Positions 28,175-42,623 of a stretch of 64,000 bases of DNA are shown piece after piece (positions within the stretch are counted from its first letter, which is position 1; each line of letters starts with the position of its first letter). Under the pieces are notes generated by a model. It did not search any database. It saw nothing but the letters and a program-made list of their open reading frames with translations, and was not told the origin of the DNA. The position numbers and the translations under genes are program-made. The DNA comes from Bigelowiella natans CCMP2755. Its lineage: Eukaryota; Protista; Cercozoa. The stretch covers positions 1 through 64,000 of the forward strand of contig ADNK01000785.1 in NCBI GenBank assembly GCA_000320545.1, read 5' to 3'.

Positions 28175-28262
28175 ATGATAATTATGGCATGTTTTCTTCG
28201 ATGCCGGGTTGTTTCCCAATGAGAAACCGTGTTTAGATTTGGATGACTTCTTTCGTCAGTTT

Positions 28263-28299
<37 letters not shown>

Positions 28300-28923
28300 T
28301 ATATATATATATATATATAAATATATACATATATGATATGCCGCTGACTGCTTTGCATTTTATTTCTCTGAATCCGAAATAAAGCGAGCTGAACCCGATC
28401 CACCGCCGCACTAGCAGCTTCACCATGCAACTGCTTGCATCGCAATCTTGCACATTGCATGATTCGCGACAATGCAGTGTGTTGCTGCCATTAATTGAAT
28501 AGCACTTTTGTTATGTTAGCTAGATTGATCCAATCCACCTCACCAGCATTTGCGCATCGTAGCCAGTGGCAGATAACGCTTAGTGCTAGCTACCAGACAT
28601 GACTATGTGTGCGGCCCAGCGCAAGATAAGCTGTAATGTCGGTCATATTGTACCAAATCCATAATTTCGATGATTTTCTTCAATCGTATTGTTGTGTGCA
28701 TTTCATTTAGCTGAAAGCTTTTCCACCACTTGATGAGTAAGTAGGGATGATGATGATGATGATAATGATGATGATGATGATGATGATAGGTTCTTGATCA
28801 TCATCATCAAATTATCATCGTCCCCTTCGTCGTCTTGTCGTCGTATACTTCTTTCTCCCTCTGTGCTATCTGTCCTTCCTCCCTTCTCCCTCCCCTGATT
28901 GACTCTGCCGCAATAGGTAGTTC

Positions 28924-29014
28924 CTAACTGCTTGGATTTAATGGGCCTGTGACACGATAACACATACATGTATATCTCACGCTGATAAGGATTCACGTTA
29001 TATGTCGGAAGCGT

Positions 29015-29067
<53 letters not shown>

Positions 29068-32013
29068 TGATATTTTTCATATATCTAGATACGTATACTT
29101 TATACGCTACCCTGAGCAAGTTCTTCCAGGGTGGTTGATAGGCGCGTGGATCCAGATCCACGTTCATCCGGTTCCTATAATCATATGAAACATAAAGTTT
29201 CCTTTCTCGTTGGATTTCATAACATTTGTGTGTTCACCTGCTGAGACGAGTGAGGCTTCCATCCTGGAATAAACGTAAAAATAATACACAACATGAGCCT
29301 TTTTCGAATGAAAGTATTATGATGAAACCAACTCTGACGAACTCGACAAAAGAGGACTAGTACTGCTCAATGTGGCTGTCAATACCTATCAGGTAGATGA
29401 CGTGGAAGGTGGCTTCTAGGAGATCTTCTTCGTCCGTGTACAGCTCTTGATACCTTCGAGGAAAGATTGAGATTTATCAATCAGTTTATTGGGCATATAT
29501 TGAGAGATGGATCAGAGGAGCTCATACGTGGAAGCAGCTGCAATGAAAGTCTCCATGCTGGTATAGTTTCGTCGAATATGTGTTGCGTTTGTCTCGCCTA
29601 CAAAACGGCGACATGTAAGATTTAAGATGTTCGATAGTAAAGTGTCGTGATAAGTGAAAAGCGTGTTGTTGTCCGTGTTCGGAAAACATTCAGTTGGAAA
29701 TAGTATGTCCTCGATTCTTAGCGCAATCACCCATGCCTCTGAGATGCTCCATCATTGTAAACATGTCGGGATACCGCACTGTTAAGAGGTCAGAGTCTGC
29801 CGTTGGGAGATTAAACCCTGGTTGATAAATACATTGTTATCAGGGAAATGAGAACCATGACAACAGCATCAAGCATAGTTCACTACTCCCCCAACAGAGG
29901 TATTCATATATGTGTGCTGAGAAGATAATGTAACAATGATGATGGTGATGATAAGTTTGACGTTTGAGCACCTGCTGCCTGAATCAATCCTCCGATTTCA
30001 GAATCCTGTTGAAAAGGGGGTGCGCCATCGAGGTGACATCGTTGTAAATATTAAGCACGAACAGGCACTAACATTGAGACGTATGCACGCGAGCAACATG
30101 AGCCTTTCAACAAATGAAAAAGGAATATCGGTCAAAGAAATTCGTATCTACTAACTCTCACCCACCCTTACGAAAGGAGATAAGTGAGGGGCAACTCCCC
30201 CATAGCGTTCCTGTATCAAGATTGCAAAAGAAGGAAAATATTTTGGACTTGTCAACAACTTCTGAAAAACAGCAAACGCTACGATCCCTCGATCATTATC
30301 ATCAAATTCGTGCGCTCTTCTTCTCGCTCTTTCCATGTACCACCTGTTCAGCAAGTGCTAGGCAAGATCTAAGTTCCTGCAGTGTCTCGCCACCAAGCAT
30401 TGCCTAACGTGGAAAAGCTCAGTCTCCACACTCCTCCGATCATCAACTCCCAATGCACACATGAGTCCTTGGCCAATCTTGTATTTTCATCACAAGTATT
30501 ATCTGGCTATGCTCACCCCAAGGAATACGCCGTCCGGTTTTAGCACCTAAAAAAGGAAAATGCGGACAAGAAATGAGGAGTGTGGGTTTTCAGCAATGTG
30601 TATCACGACGCATTCACACGCATTCACTCACTCGATTTGCCTCCTTGAACACTGCAGGTAGATCATTACACCAGTGTAGTGACATTGAACTGAAGACCTA
30701 GGTGCATTGCATGAGAGAAAACGTGAGAAAAATACTCACACTAATGCAACACATCGTCGCTAACACAAGCGGAAAATCATGTTCTAGAATGAATGAGGTT
30801 TTCCCAGTGCCCATGTCGTATTGTGGGGGAGATATTGATTTAGACTTGGTGTGTATTAATACCACATCGAATGTGCTGTCTTCAAAGGGCAGTTTGGTCC
30901 CCTCTTCCCATACTTGGTAGGAGGTATCAACACCGTCTAGACAGCAATGGGAAAAAATGACATATGAAGCTTTGAAGTATGATCGTCGTGAAGCTCGAAA
31001 GGGGTATAACATTCACGTTACCGGGTTCATTTTTGCCAAAATCTCTCTGGAGTAGTTTCTCTGACATCTCTAGCTGATGGATTTTTGTAATTCCCTGTGG
31101 AGGAAAAGAAAAACAGAATTAAATGATTTATCGAGCTGCAACTGTTGATGTCTTATATGAGCACACTCGTAACGAACAGTTCTCCTCCCAAATATGTTGA
31201 GAATATAAACCTTGTTTTTTGCTGTGAAGTCCGTAAGGGCCTTCCTAACGTGGCCAGAAAGAGCACCAAGGTCTAGACAATTGGGAAACCTATTATTACG
31301 TATATTATACAATAATTAAGTCAGACAGACCCTCCGGCTTCTCAATGTGCATGATACTCTTCCAAGAAGAGTTACTATATTATACGCCATATTCTAATGC
31401 TGGTGGGGGAAATCTTGCTATCCATTCCATCAGTCTGCCATGCTGCAGTTGTTACTTCTTTGCCGGTGACACGTCGTTCAGCCGATCAGTAAGACGTCGA
31501 GCAACCTTCGTAGGGAGAGGATTATGGTAGATTGAACAATATTTAGGAAGCCCAATGTACTACTACTACCCAGGAGCTCCATTACTATTCCTCAAGCCCA
31601 CCCTCTCAATATCTACCTCGTCCTTAAGGTAGTCGTATTGCCCATCAGGATAGGCCAGTGTGATCCTGTCACGGTGAGCGATTTTTGCTTTGTGATCGAA
31701 TACCTCCTTCGTGTTCGAAAACATCGTTTCAGTGAGAAATGAAGGTAGAATTTGAAAACTTTCAAGCTAATGGCACTGTCCATATTCAGATTTGGAAAAA
31801 AAAAAGAAAATCAATTGTGCAAGCACAGGTGCACGCCTGGAATGCGATTTGATATCGACGTATCTACTGTGGAACGCAAGACGCAACACTTTGCGTGGAG
31901 CAGTTTCAGGAGATGTATTGCACACTTATGTATCTTTATACATTGGCCTGGGTCGCGAACGTAGCCTTTGATTTTGAAAGCAGGCGTCGATGTTGGGGCC
32001 ACCAAACACGCAT
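28924..32013 (-). CDS. NDUFAF5: NDUFAF5-like SAM-dependent complex I assembly factor (multi-exon)
   Basis: EVFDHKAKIAHRDR...YDYLKDE|VARRLTDRL|CLDLGA|SSMSLHWCNDLP|VLKPDGVFLG|AMLGGETLQELR|ERYGGVAPHLSPF|GFNLPTADSD...MEHLRGMG|ATFHVIYLI|GWKPH. Arg-rich presequence; terminal exons inferred. Confidence 0.92.
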
Positions 32014-32229
32014 GGCAAGTAGGGTAGAGAGATGAGGCGTCACTGAAATTCTTTGGACCATTATTTTTAGGATATTTGTGGTACAAAATGTCTCATGTCT
32101 GTTCGCCGTTCCACCTGCACGAGTATTCTCAAAAGACGCACAGTGACAATACTCTTGAATATTGCTACTTTTCATCCTTAAAACAACCTGATTCAATATT
32201 TTTTATCAAGCAGGTTTAGAGTTGATTTT

Positions 32230-33555
32230 CATGCCGGATATTCCTTCGATAGAACATTAGTCTAGTCTCGGAGGCAAGCTACGACAGCCACACAGCATCA
32301 ACCCAAGAAAGAGGCGACATACTATTAAGACGACATCAAAGATATTATGTCGCAGGCAAGTAACATTCGGCACCCAGAATTTGGAAAGAGAACTTTCAGA
32401 TTCATGTGGCGGCATCGGTAGCCAGAGGGCAGGAAGGTTCGTCAACCAAAACCCTATAAATGTTGTCGTAATATCAAAATGGCCTACAATTTTCTAATTA
32501 CCCTAAGCCAAGAATCGAATTGTTGAGAACTGAGCCTACAATTACCAGACAGACGCGTGAGAGAAAAGGAGAAAGAAGAGAGACTGCAGTTGCAATACCT
32601 CCCCTTCTCTAGGTAGGTAGTGGGCGTCCAAAGCCTTCCTTCTTTGGGCCTTTAAGCCCGAAGATATCGATGATGTTAACGAAGATATGTTAGATAGATT
32701 AGCTACTGCCCTCAGCGAGAAAAGGTTTACTCCCATTTACCTCCAGTGACCAAGGGGAATGGAAGGAGGTTGCAGAATGGTCTACACTGATTCTGGCGAC
32801 GTGATCTTGTGTGCATATTCAATAGTTTTCGTTGGAGTTTCTGATATTTCCGCTGTGAATTTTGTATCGTGTAAAACACTGAGAGAGTGGCATCTTATTA
32901 TGAACTTAGCCCTTCGTGAAGCGTAAAAAGTTGCCCGTGCGCCAGACGGCCATATCCATGAAGAAGGCACGAGCAGCGATAAAACCTGAGAGGTAGCAAA
33001 ATAAAACTTCACAGATTGGCATTAGAAATTCAGATAGAAAATTAACAGGTTTTGGAAGGATATACTCAATGCTGGGCCCCTAAATGGAACGCGGCTTCTG
33101 ACGAATGCTACAGCACAAAAGGGTAATGCATGCCAGTGCAGTTATTTAACCCTTATGTTCATTATTTTCTTTTCAATTCTAGTACAAAAGGAGGAAGTTT
33201 TGCTATATCTTCTGAGAAAGCTGCCATCGGATGCTCCGGTACACTTTTGTTAACTGATGGTGGGGGATTGGTGAGATCTTTAAGGTGGTTGATTTCATCT
33301 TTATCTCCAAACCACAGGTGACCTCTTGGCTCGACCACTTAGCCTTTGGAGATAAGCCAAGGGCTTGTAGGGCCCAGATAGTTGCAGAGTCAGGTAATAA
33401 TCAAATTGTATAGGTTGAGATGTTTCTAGTACGACAGGAAGGTGGGGAGGATGAAACGAATTTTGAAAACTATGTTGTCCCTTACTACACGCAGGAACGC
33501 AATCTGCTTGTACACATATATTCAAGACTGGAGAGCCAGGTTCCACCGCTCAGCT

Positions 33556-33647
<92 letters not shown>

Positions 33648-36600
33648 GCCATCGAATTTCCACCATATAAATACAACCCAATTTATCAGCTTACCAATGT
33701 CGAACGTGTGGAGTAGATGATACCTGTATCCAGGTTTGTCAACGATGGTGATGGTGATGATACCTAGTGCAGATTCTCACTCATTGTTTTTCCCTTTGCC
33801 ACTGTCAGTGCATGGCCTGCTTCAAGGAGTCCGATCATACTGGGCACGAGGTGATAGAAGATCTTTTGTAGACTATGAAATAATAGCACTTAACAGCAAC
33901 ACAGTGTCTTCATCCACGTTCATCATCCAATCTAACTGAAGAGCCACCACATGCATGTCCAGATCATCATGACCCGTGCTGGGGGTGGTGGATGTTGTGA
34001 CTGTGGAGATCCGTCCTCATGGGACATGGCAGGTGAGAACTAAAATACAGAACAATCCCCCTCTACTCGATTCTTTCTACGTGATCCCTAGAACCTTATT
34101 CGATTAAAAGTATGTGTCTTCTTTGCCAGGCGCGTGCAGCAAACATAATGGAAAGAAGAGAAGAGGTCCGTCCGAGCTGGCTAAAAGTCTGGCGAACAGA
34201 GCGCGACCGATAATAGGTCCGTCCATTAGGGGGGGGGGGCATGTATGATCAGTAATACTACATGTATGATCAGTAATACTACATGCCAACAATGAATCAA
34301 ATGCGCACACTCAAGCACACACATCCGCAAATGGCATTAGCAACCAACAAATGAATGCACCCTAATTTTGTGTCTTGGTCTGAAATGAGTAAACGAATGT
34401 ACGTGTGTGTGTGTGTGCGTGTGTGTGCGTGTAGATATTCGTGTGGATATTCGTGTGCATGGATGGTGGTGATAATATGTGGTATCGTATTCGGCAGATT
34501 TCTCTGTTGAGCTCTTATCACGGGCTCTCTCTGGTGTAAATCCTGACTCCAATACTGCTACTGCTTCTTCTTCTTCTTCGCATGGGAGCAGTGTTGATTC
34601 TAAGAATGATAGCGACCTTCCCTACTGTCTGGGCCATGTACACATGGTGTTCCAGGAAACCATTGCATATGATTGCAAAGAGGAGGATGAGGTTGAGGTA
34701 AGTGATAGATATGTGGTCTTCCTCAATGACGACAGTTACCATTCATTCGCTCACGTGATCAACACTCTCGACAAACTCATCTTCAACAGCCGTAGTACCC
34801 TCTTTGACGAAAGAAAGAAACGCCACTACGAAAAGAAGTCGTTCCAGATTGCGAACATGGTCAACGGTCGCGGTCGCGCCGCAATTAAGACGGTGGACTC
34901 CGAGAAGGCGGCTCAACTCTGCTTGGAGCAATTCCGCAAGGAAGGCACCCTCAACGTCAGCGTGTCAAAGATTCAGCCCTCGGACTGTATCCTGACGTTA
35001 GAGCGAGTTGCGGAGATCATTGCATGGCTCACAGAACTCTGCAACATATCGGAGCTTTTCCGAGATATCCAGTGCGAGCACCTGCTCAAGCGCTACCAAC
35101 GTAAGAAGCTGCCAGTACCCGGAGTGCATGGAATTCAGCCAGGCGACTGGATCGAGATGCACGGGTTGAAAAAGGGGCCTCAATTCAACGGAAAAGTAGC
35201 AATGGTTGATGGACCATATAGGTTATTACCAAACGAACTGAACCCTCCCCCCGAGGACAAGCGTATGCCGGTGCGCTGCTTGGAGAAACCGGGCAAATTG
35301 GTATGCCTTAAGGCGAGAAATATGAAAAAGACAACCACCGGGATTATACGGCTGACAGAATTTTTCGACTCTCTGTGGGGTATCACTAACCCGCTACAGC
35401 AACGAGGTAAAGATGCTATTAATAGCAGCTCCCTCACTCCAGATAAGCCACTGGTACAGGTGATCGGACCTGTTCCGAACGGTATTGTACTAGGCTCTTG
35501 TGATGGATACATAGTCTCGGATGGGGAATATGTGGTGTATGCGGACTTTTCAGGGTGTCCATCATCTGGGTGTTCTCCGGAACCCTTCACCTGCATCCAA
35601 CTGCAAAAGTACCGTGTTGGGCGGGTTGACAACGTCCACATCCTTTACGTCTCCGAATATTCCATTCGCGTCTCCAAGTTTGCCTCTTTGATTGGGCGGC
35701 CCCGCCCTCTAAACTGTTCCGCTGGCAATCGAGCTCAAGGCCTCCACCCCCACAGGCTATCCATGATCTTTAAGTATAACCTCAGTATCCCCCAGCAACT
35801 CCGCCCCCACATCACTCCGTGGATCTTTCGCTTGTTCCAGAATATGCACTTCAAGGGGGAGTTCACCGTCGAATTCGCAACACATTACGCCGATCTGATG
35901 GTAGAGTATAGGCACCTAGGAGGCGTGCAGTACTGCTCTAACAGCTTCCTTTCGTACGGGGTTCAAGTCCTCACGATTCCTTCCATGACGCCAAGGGTGG
36001 CCCGAGAGCACGGGCTGCTGCGAGCCATGATAGCATCAATGGCGGACATGGTAGTCGACACCATCCGCACTACTTCTAATAGCAAATCCAAAAAGCGCCC
36101 CATCAAGCAGCAATTGCACGGTAGCGCGCGCTGGTTGAATGGAGTCTCCAAGTGGGTGGACGTCTTCCCCGTCCCCATTGCATCGTCGGCCGAAGTCGTC
36201 GAGCCTCTCGGAAACCTGCTCGCCATGCTGGTGACTACCGTCCCGCACATCGAGTATGTCATTCGAAACAAAGGCGCCGGCGACCTATTCTTTACCGACA
36301 ATTGTAGCATGCTGCGACAGTGGTTTGGTTTCTTGAGCTTGATGGAGGGCATGGATCGAAACGTCCGCGAGAACAAGGCCCACCTCCTCTACGAGAACAA
36401 GACATGGAAGGTGGCATTCAGCTTCTGCCTGCGCCTAACTAGCGTGTCGTTCGAGCTCCTGCGAGCGCTTGATAAAGTTGTGGAGCAAAAATCTCTCAAC
36501 GACAAAGAGATCAGCCAGGTGATCCAAGCTTGCTTCTGGGTGCTCAACCGTCGCTACCAGAAAAACGACGACACGGATGATGACGAGAAGGGAAGAGAGA

Positions 36601-36818
36601 CTGCGGGAAAATGGGTATCGCTTGTGCTTCCTTCAAGCAGCGGACAGCAGGGAAATTGTGACAATGATGGTAAACAACAACATCATGTCTTCGTCGAGGC
36701 TGAGGTTAGTGAAGACCACCGAATATAATGGATTCTTTGATTATACCCATGTGACTGACTGATATGATGAAGAAGCGAGATCTGATCCATACACGGTGTT
36801 TGCTCCCCCCCCCCCCCC

Positions 36819-36857
<39 letters not shown>

Positions 36858-39381
36858 GCAGTCCCCAGCAGATGGACCAGACGTTCTATCATTCCACGCC
36901 CCAGCTCGGAGGCTTGCCATTCACATCATATGTGTGCTGCTGAGGCAGGTTCCCCTTCACAGCCAGCCAATGCGCTCGTTGCACGTCATGCAAAGCGCAT
37001 ATGAGAACCGTTCTCAAGCCTCCCCTCCCCTCAAGACAACTTCAAAGGAGGCGCTACCAGGTGGTGTTTCTGGGTTTAGAGGTGGAGACAAAGTGGAGGT
37101 GTGGTCGGAGTTTGCTGCCGCTTGGCTGCCAGCGGAAGTCGTTGACGATGATGACGGAAAGCAGCACGCGGACCACCCGAGTAAGGAGAAAAAGCTTCTA
37201 CTTCTGTTCGACGACAACACGGTCAGATGGCAGCAGTGTGTGAACCGGGAGGGCAACTGGCTCATCAGGAAAGCACCTCCAGCACATCCCTCCACAACCA
37301 CCACCAACAACAACCTAACCCCCTTCTTTGCTGAAGCTGTCACGCCGATGCTCAAGTCTATTGCAGGAATGATCCACATCACAGCCAAGCTCTGGGTGAG
37401 GAATGGGAGTGCTATGGACAACCAGGCCCTTAACTACCGCCTCGGCACAAGGTGTGGGATGTATATGGAGGATCTCCTTGGCTTTCAGCTCGCTACCTGT
37501 GTGCTCGGTCCGAACGCCTCCCTCGCACTCTTGGCGCACTACTGCAAGCTCTACGCCTTTTTCAATCTCTCGCCGTTGAATATGACATATCCGAAAAGCG
37601 TTGTCGGGGAGGACTACGCGTTTGAGGACTATGAGAGCTTTGAAGACGAGGAGGAGCTCCGTGGCGTGGTCGAAACGAAGGCCCGTAAGTCCTGGGGATC
37701 CAAGCTTCGTGACGTAGTTTTCGGCTACTTGCTGTGCATATCTCACGCGCTTACGGAGCGACGCATCGTTGGATCGATAGACCATAAAGATACACTACAG
37801 CGCGAAATCGTGCATCAGCTCGTGAGCCGCCCGCAACCACACTCAAAGATTATGGACGTCATTGACCAGGACGCCAGGGAGAAGAACAAAGGCGACATCG
37901 AGACTGTGCTCCAGGAGGTGGCTTTCCTCATCGCCAACAACTCTGCTCAGCATTCGGGTAAGTGGGAGGTGAAAGCCGAGGCGGCGCAGCGGCTGTTCAA
38001 CCCGTTCTATCTGATGTATCAGACCGAAGATCGCCAAGAAGCGGAGGTACGGTTTCGTGAGATCTCGGAGAGAGCACACCGAAGGAAAAAAAAGGAGGCG
38101 GCGGCGGCGGCGGCAGCGGCACAAGGTGGTGGTTGTACTACTACTACTACTACTACAACGCCACCTCCTCCTCCTTATCCTCCGATCGTAGACTACCCTC
38201 CTCTACGTCCTTCATTCCAGGGCCTTTACTCAATGTATTCCTCTCCTCTTCTCGGAAGGATTCTCTTCTTAACCCTATTCGCTGCCTACAAAAGCGGCCT
38301 TTCACCGAAAAAGGGCGGTGCGGGGGACAACGATGGGGCTGCTGCGGGATTAGCGAACGAGCAGGGCAATGAGGAAGAGGAGAAGGAGGGGCTGGGTGAC
38401 TCCGGACTTACGATCGCCCTGCACATCATCTCAATAGCACTACAGGATATCAAGAATGGCAACCTGAAAAAAGACAATCACGGTGACGAAATTGTCAAAG
38501 GATGGTTCAAAAATATGACTGCGGAACGGCTAGCAACGGACGGGAGCCGCCTCTCCACTCTAAAGCTTCTCAACGAAATGAGGCAGCTCGACCCCACAAA
38601 GGCGCCCTTCGTAAAAGAAGCGTCCAGCATGATCCGATGGATCATTGACACATGTCGAAAACTCGATGATTCTGGTGCAACACATAGCATCGTTGGGGGA
38701 ACAGACAGTGAAGATGGTAAAGAGGGAGAAGGAAAGTCATCAAAGGCGAGCAAGAAGAAGCTGTCGAAGAGGGAACGACGCCTGGCTGCTGCCAAGGCCA
38801 GAAAGGCAAAGATCATGAAGAAGATGGCTAAGGAGAGAGAGAAATTCGCCAAGGAGAATAAAGATGCAATACAGAAAGATAAAGTCAAGCAAGCGAACGC
38901 AAAGAAAGACGGGCTGGCAGGATTGTCCTGCATCGTATGTCGTACTGACAACTCAGCTGAACCACTAGGCCTTGTGGCGCATGTTCAACGATCCAACATA
39001 ATGGGTCTTTCGTACACGCAAAAAGAATATCTCTCTGGAGGAGGAGGAAGAGGCTGCAGTAATGAGAGATGTGCTGATGGAAGGGATGCGGGTTTGGTTA
39101 CGAGGTGCTGCGGTCATGCAATGCACTTCATGTGCCGGGACACCTACTACGCAACCCTTGTTAATCGTCAGATCAACGAGAGCTACTACCCGGGGCGTGG
39201 GGCCATTAACCTCAGCAAAAACCAGTTTGTGTGTCCGCTGTGCGAAGCTCCGGCGAACGAACTCATCCCGATAATATCCACAGAAGACGGGGAGGAGACG
39301 CAGGATGATGATGATAGGAAGTTATCGTCAAAATCAGCTTCCAAGACTCTTCTCACTCAAGATCTATACACTGTGGATAAT

Positions 39382-39412
<31 letters not shown>

Positions 39413-40743
39413 CAACAGATATTAAAAGCGAGCATCAATTCCCACATCATCCGTGCAGGAGCAGCGTTGTCCTCCCCAAGATCGACTGTTTCCTGTACAC
39501 TGTGCGATCCGTTGATATGGCGTATAGGAGGAGGAGGAGGAGGAGGGAGAGGTCTTCTGGATTTCCTTCTTCTTCTTCTTCTTCTCCAGCCACGGCTTCC
39601 TCTTCTTCTTCTCCTCCTCCTCCTCCTTCTCCTTCTTCATCATCGTCTTTATCACGCCACCACGCCAAGCTAACGAAAATGCTCAAACCGAGAGAAACTA
39701 TGGGTCAGTATCATCAGCATCAGCATCAGCAGCAGCAGCAGCAGCATTGCGTTAATACAAATACCCTATCATCATCCCAAACTAATCTTTCCAATCGTCT
39801 ATTCGCCTGTTGCATGTTACCAGTTGTTCTTTCTCACTGGATTGCTAATGTATATATCTTTATATTTGGTGGTGTGTGTTACTTACGTAGGACTATCTTG
39901 CATGATGGCTCAGTTGGCTCGAGAAACATTCCTCACCAACAACGATGATAACCAAGGTGCTAGCAGCAGCAGCGGGAAAAAGGAAAACTTGCAAGAACCA
40001 GATACAGCAGCAGCGCTACTGGAAGCATTCGAGGCATTCTGCAACTCAGACCCAAGCTCAACGTCAACGTCGTCGTCGTCGTCACCGCTGCCCCTGGACA
40101 TCGATTGCTTACGTGCCGTTGCGCTCGCTGGAATGCGGTGCTTCTCAACGATGAAGAAACAGAGTGGCGGGGGGGGCGTCAAGAAGAGCAGCAGCAGCAT
40201 CCTCCGCGACGAGAGATATCTCAGAATCAAGAGGACTGCCTATGCTATACGGAGTGTGCAAGCGTTGATACATTCTCTTGGCCCAAAACACAAGATGACG
40301 ACGGTGAGGATGAGAGGAGATGCAGCATCATCTTTATCATCATCAACAACATCAACAACGCCGTCGTATAGCACTCCATCACCTGGGATGATGCAGAAAT
40401 TGATAGATCTACTGGTATCGTTTGACGGCGGCCTTGTGAATGGCTCATACTTCTTTCCTCAATTGCTCAACGAACACATGTTACCATTCCTACGGCAACT
40501 TGCAATTCTTGAGCATTGTCTCACCTACCTAGAAGAGCAAAGCACTAGACAGAGCAGTGGAGATAGGAGTAGTAGTAGTAACAGTAGTAGTGGTATTATT
40601 AATAATAATAATAATAATGATAATAGTAGCAGCAGTAGTATAACAAAGGACGAGTTACAACAGGAAGTGGAGCAGCTGGTGAAGGACCAATTCCTCGCAA
40701 CGAGCAACTGTACATCTCCCATTCAAATGCTGGCAGCAGAGGA

Positions 40744-40804
<61 letters not shown>

Positions 40805-42197
40805 CTCTCATCTATCGTACAAACTAAGATGCTGCCCTGGCTGCATTTACTGAGAAAAAGAAGGGAAGCAGCAAAGAAGACAACAAAACTACCACTGCCA
40901 AAGGTTCCCTTCATCCGTGATATGGCCTCTCCGCAGCTTATTGAGTTGCCCAACAACTATAGTGAGCTCTTTATGGCTCTTAGCGACGGAGGCCTCTCCC
41001 TTCGATGGGGGTCAAAGCATCATCGCCAGGGAAATGACGACGACGAAAAGAAGAACAAGAACAAGAACAAAACAACCAAGACATCATCACTATCCAGCTC
41101 CTTTGGGGGTGAGGGGGGTGCGGCAGCCGCAGCAGCTATGGAAGTTGATGGTGACGATGACGACGATGATGAAGGTATGAGAGACGGTGTAGAAGCAGCA
41201 GCAAACGGAGAAAAGAAAGACGACGATGATGATGATGATGAGGGTAAATCAAGTCAACAACGCCCCAAATCGGCTGCTGTCCCGAAGAACCCTGCGGTTT
41301 GTCTTCTTACGGTAATAAAACCAATAGACATAATCAACAGCACCAACAGCAACATTATAATTACTATAATTATTATCATTATCATTTGTTATTCTTGCCA
41401 TCATCATCATCACAAATGTTGTACTTGTGTCTACTATCCCTACTACTATCATCCACGTGAACAACCTAGGGTAAAATCCTTGCTGCTCACTGGGGTCGAG
41501 AAGGCAATTGGAAATCGATCAGAGCTCATACCAAGGTGAGTGATATGAGAGAGCGGGGGAGAGAAAAGAGAATAGCAAGAGGATAATGATCTCAATCTCG
41601 ATGTGTGTGTGTGTGTTGACATTGCACTATCATTCATCTTTCTTCCTTCCCCTACACCCCTCTCAAAACACGAAGGCTATATCCCCCAACGCTGGAGTGT
41701 TCCTTCTGCTAAGAAGCACACGAATATTGCTAGTAAGCAACGGCCTGCTCTCTTATTACGGGTAGTAGTTGAAGTAAATTGTACTACTAGTAGTGAAAGA
41801 TCAGAGAGTATTAATACATTGAGAAATATGCTTCAAAATCGTAATTATTCACAAGGAAAATACTGCACCCCCCCCCCCCCCTTCCCTTAGTTCTCCGTAC
41901 GTAGACTCCCATGGCGAGATGGATATCGAGCTGGCTAGAGGACACATGCTTTATCTTGACCCTGTGAGTAGAAGTATTAGTACTAGCAGTAGTAGTAAAT
42001 CGAGCACATCTGTTGAAGAAAAACATAAATACTAGTAATAATAATAAAGAAGACTATTCCCCAGCGAGCAAGTAAGTTTGTAGTGAGAGAAGCAGCATTC
42101 GTCAAATCAATCATTATGATACAGCCGAATACATCTTCAGCTCGTGACAAACATCAACATCCTCACCATGCTCTTCTTCCCAATTGATATATATATA

Positions 42198-42244
<47 letters not shown>

Positions 42245-42623
42245 ACCAATTATCAATAATATTCCAGGAACGTGTTCAAGCACTTGTTGACCTCGTTCGG
42301 GAGCAGAGAGTGGCGGATGCGGTCGCCAGGGACAAAATGGATCAGGCCAGACGGTGATAGTACTTGTACTACTAGTAGCAGTGAGAAGAAGGAGGGCTGA
42401 AGGAAGAAAGAGAGAGAGACAGCGCGCGAGAGAGATGGGTGGTGTCAAATCGCTTGTTCCAAGCGTGCCTTCTACATGATCACTACTCTATTCACTCAGC
42501 GTTTTTTGCAGAAATGATAGCAATGATAATAATATTGATGATGATGATACTTGGGTAGTAAAGATTTTTAATACGTCGTTAAATATACTTTTTTGTTGTT
42601 TGTTCGTTTGTCAGGAGAGCTAA
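32230..42623 (+). CDS. UBR1: UBR1/2-like N-end-rule E3 ubiquitin ligase (5' end approximate)
   Basis: UBR box (YQCRTCGVDDTCIQ|CMACFKESDHTGHE|GGGCCDCGDPSSW|CSKH), ClpS-like VFLNDDSYHSFAHVI, WVRNG, REIVHQL, RING-H2 (CIVC..CGHAMHFMC..CPLC) and C-terminal SPYVDSHGEMD. Confidence 0.92.

Noticed and set aside
32720-32750. Possible 22-nt nucleomorph-style mini-intron in UBR1
   Set aside because: An alternative frame reads through it and all confident introns are much longer; cannot be supported without cDNA.
39700-39950. Apparent frameshift between the 1050-aa and 571-aa UBR1 ORFs
   Set aside because: Resolved by an ordinary phase-1 intron (G|GTCAGT at ~39703 to TACGTAG| at ~39890).
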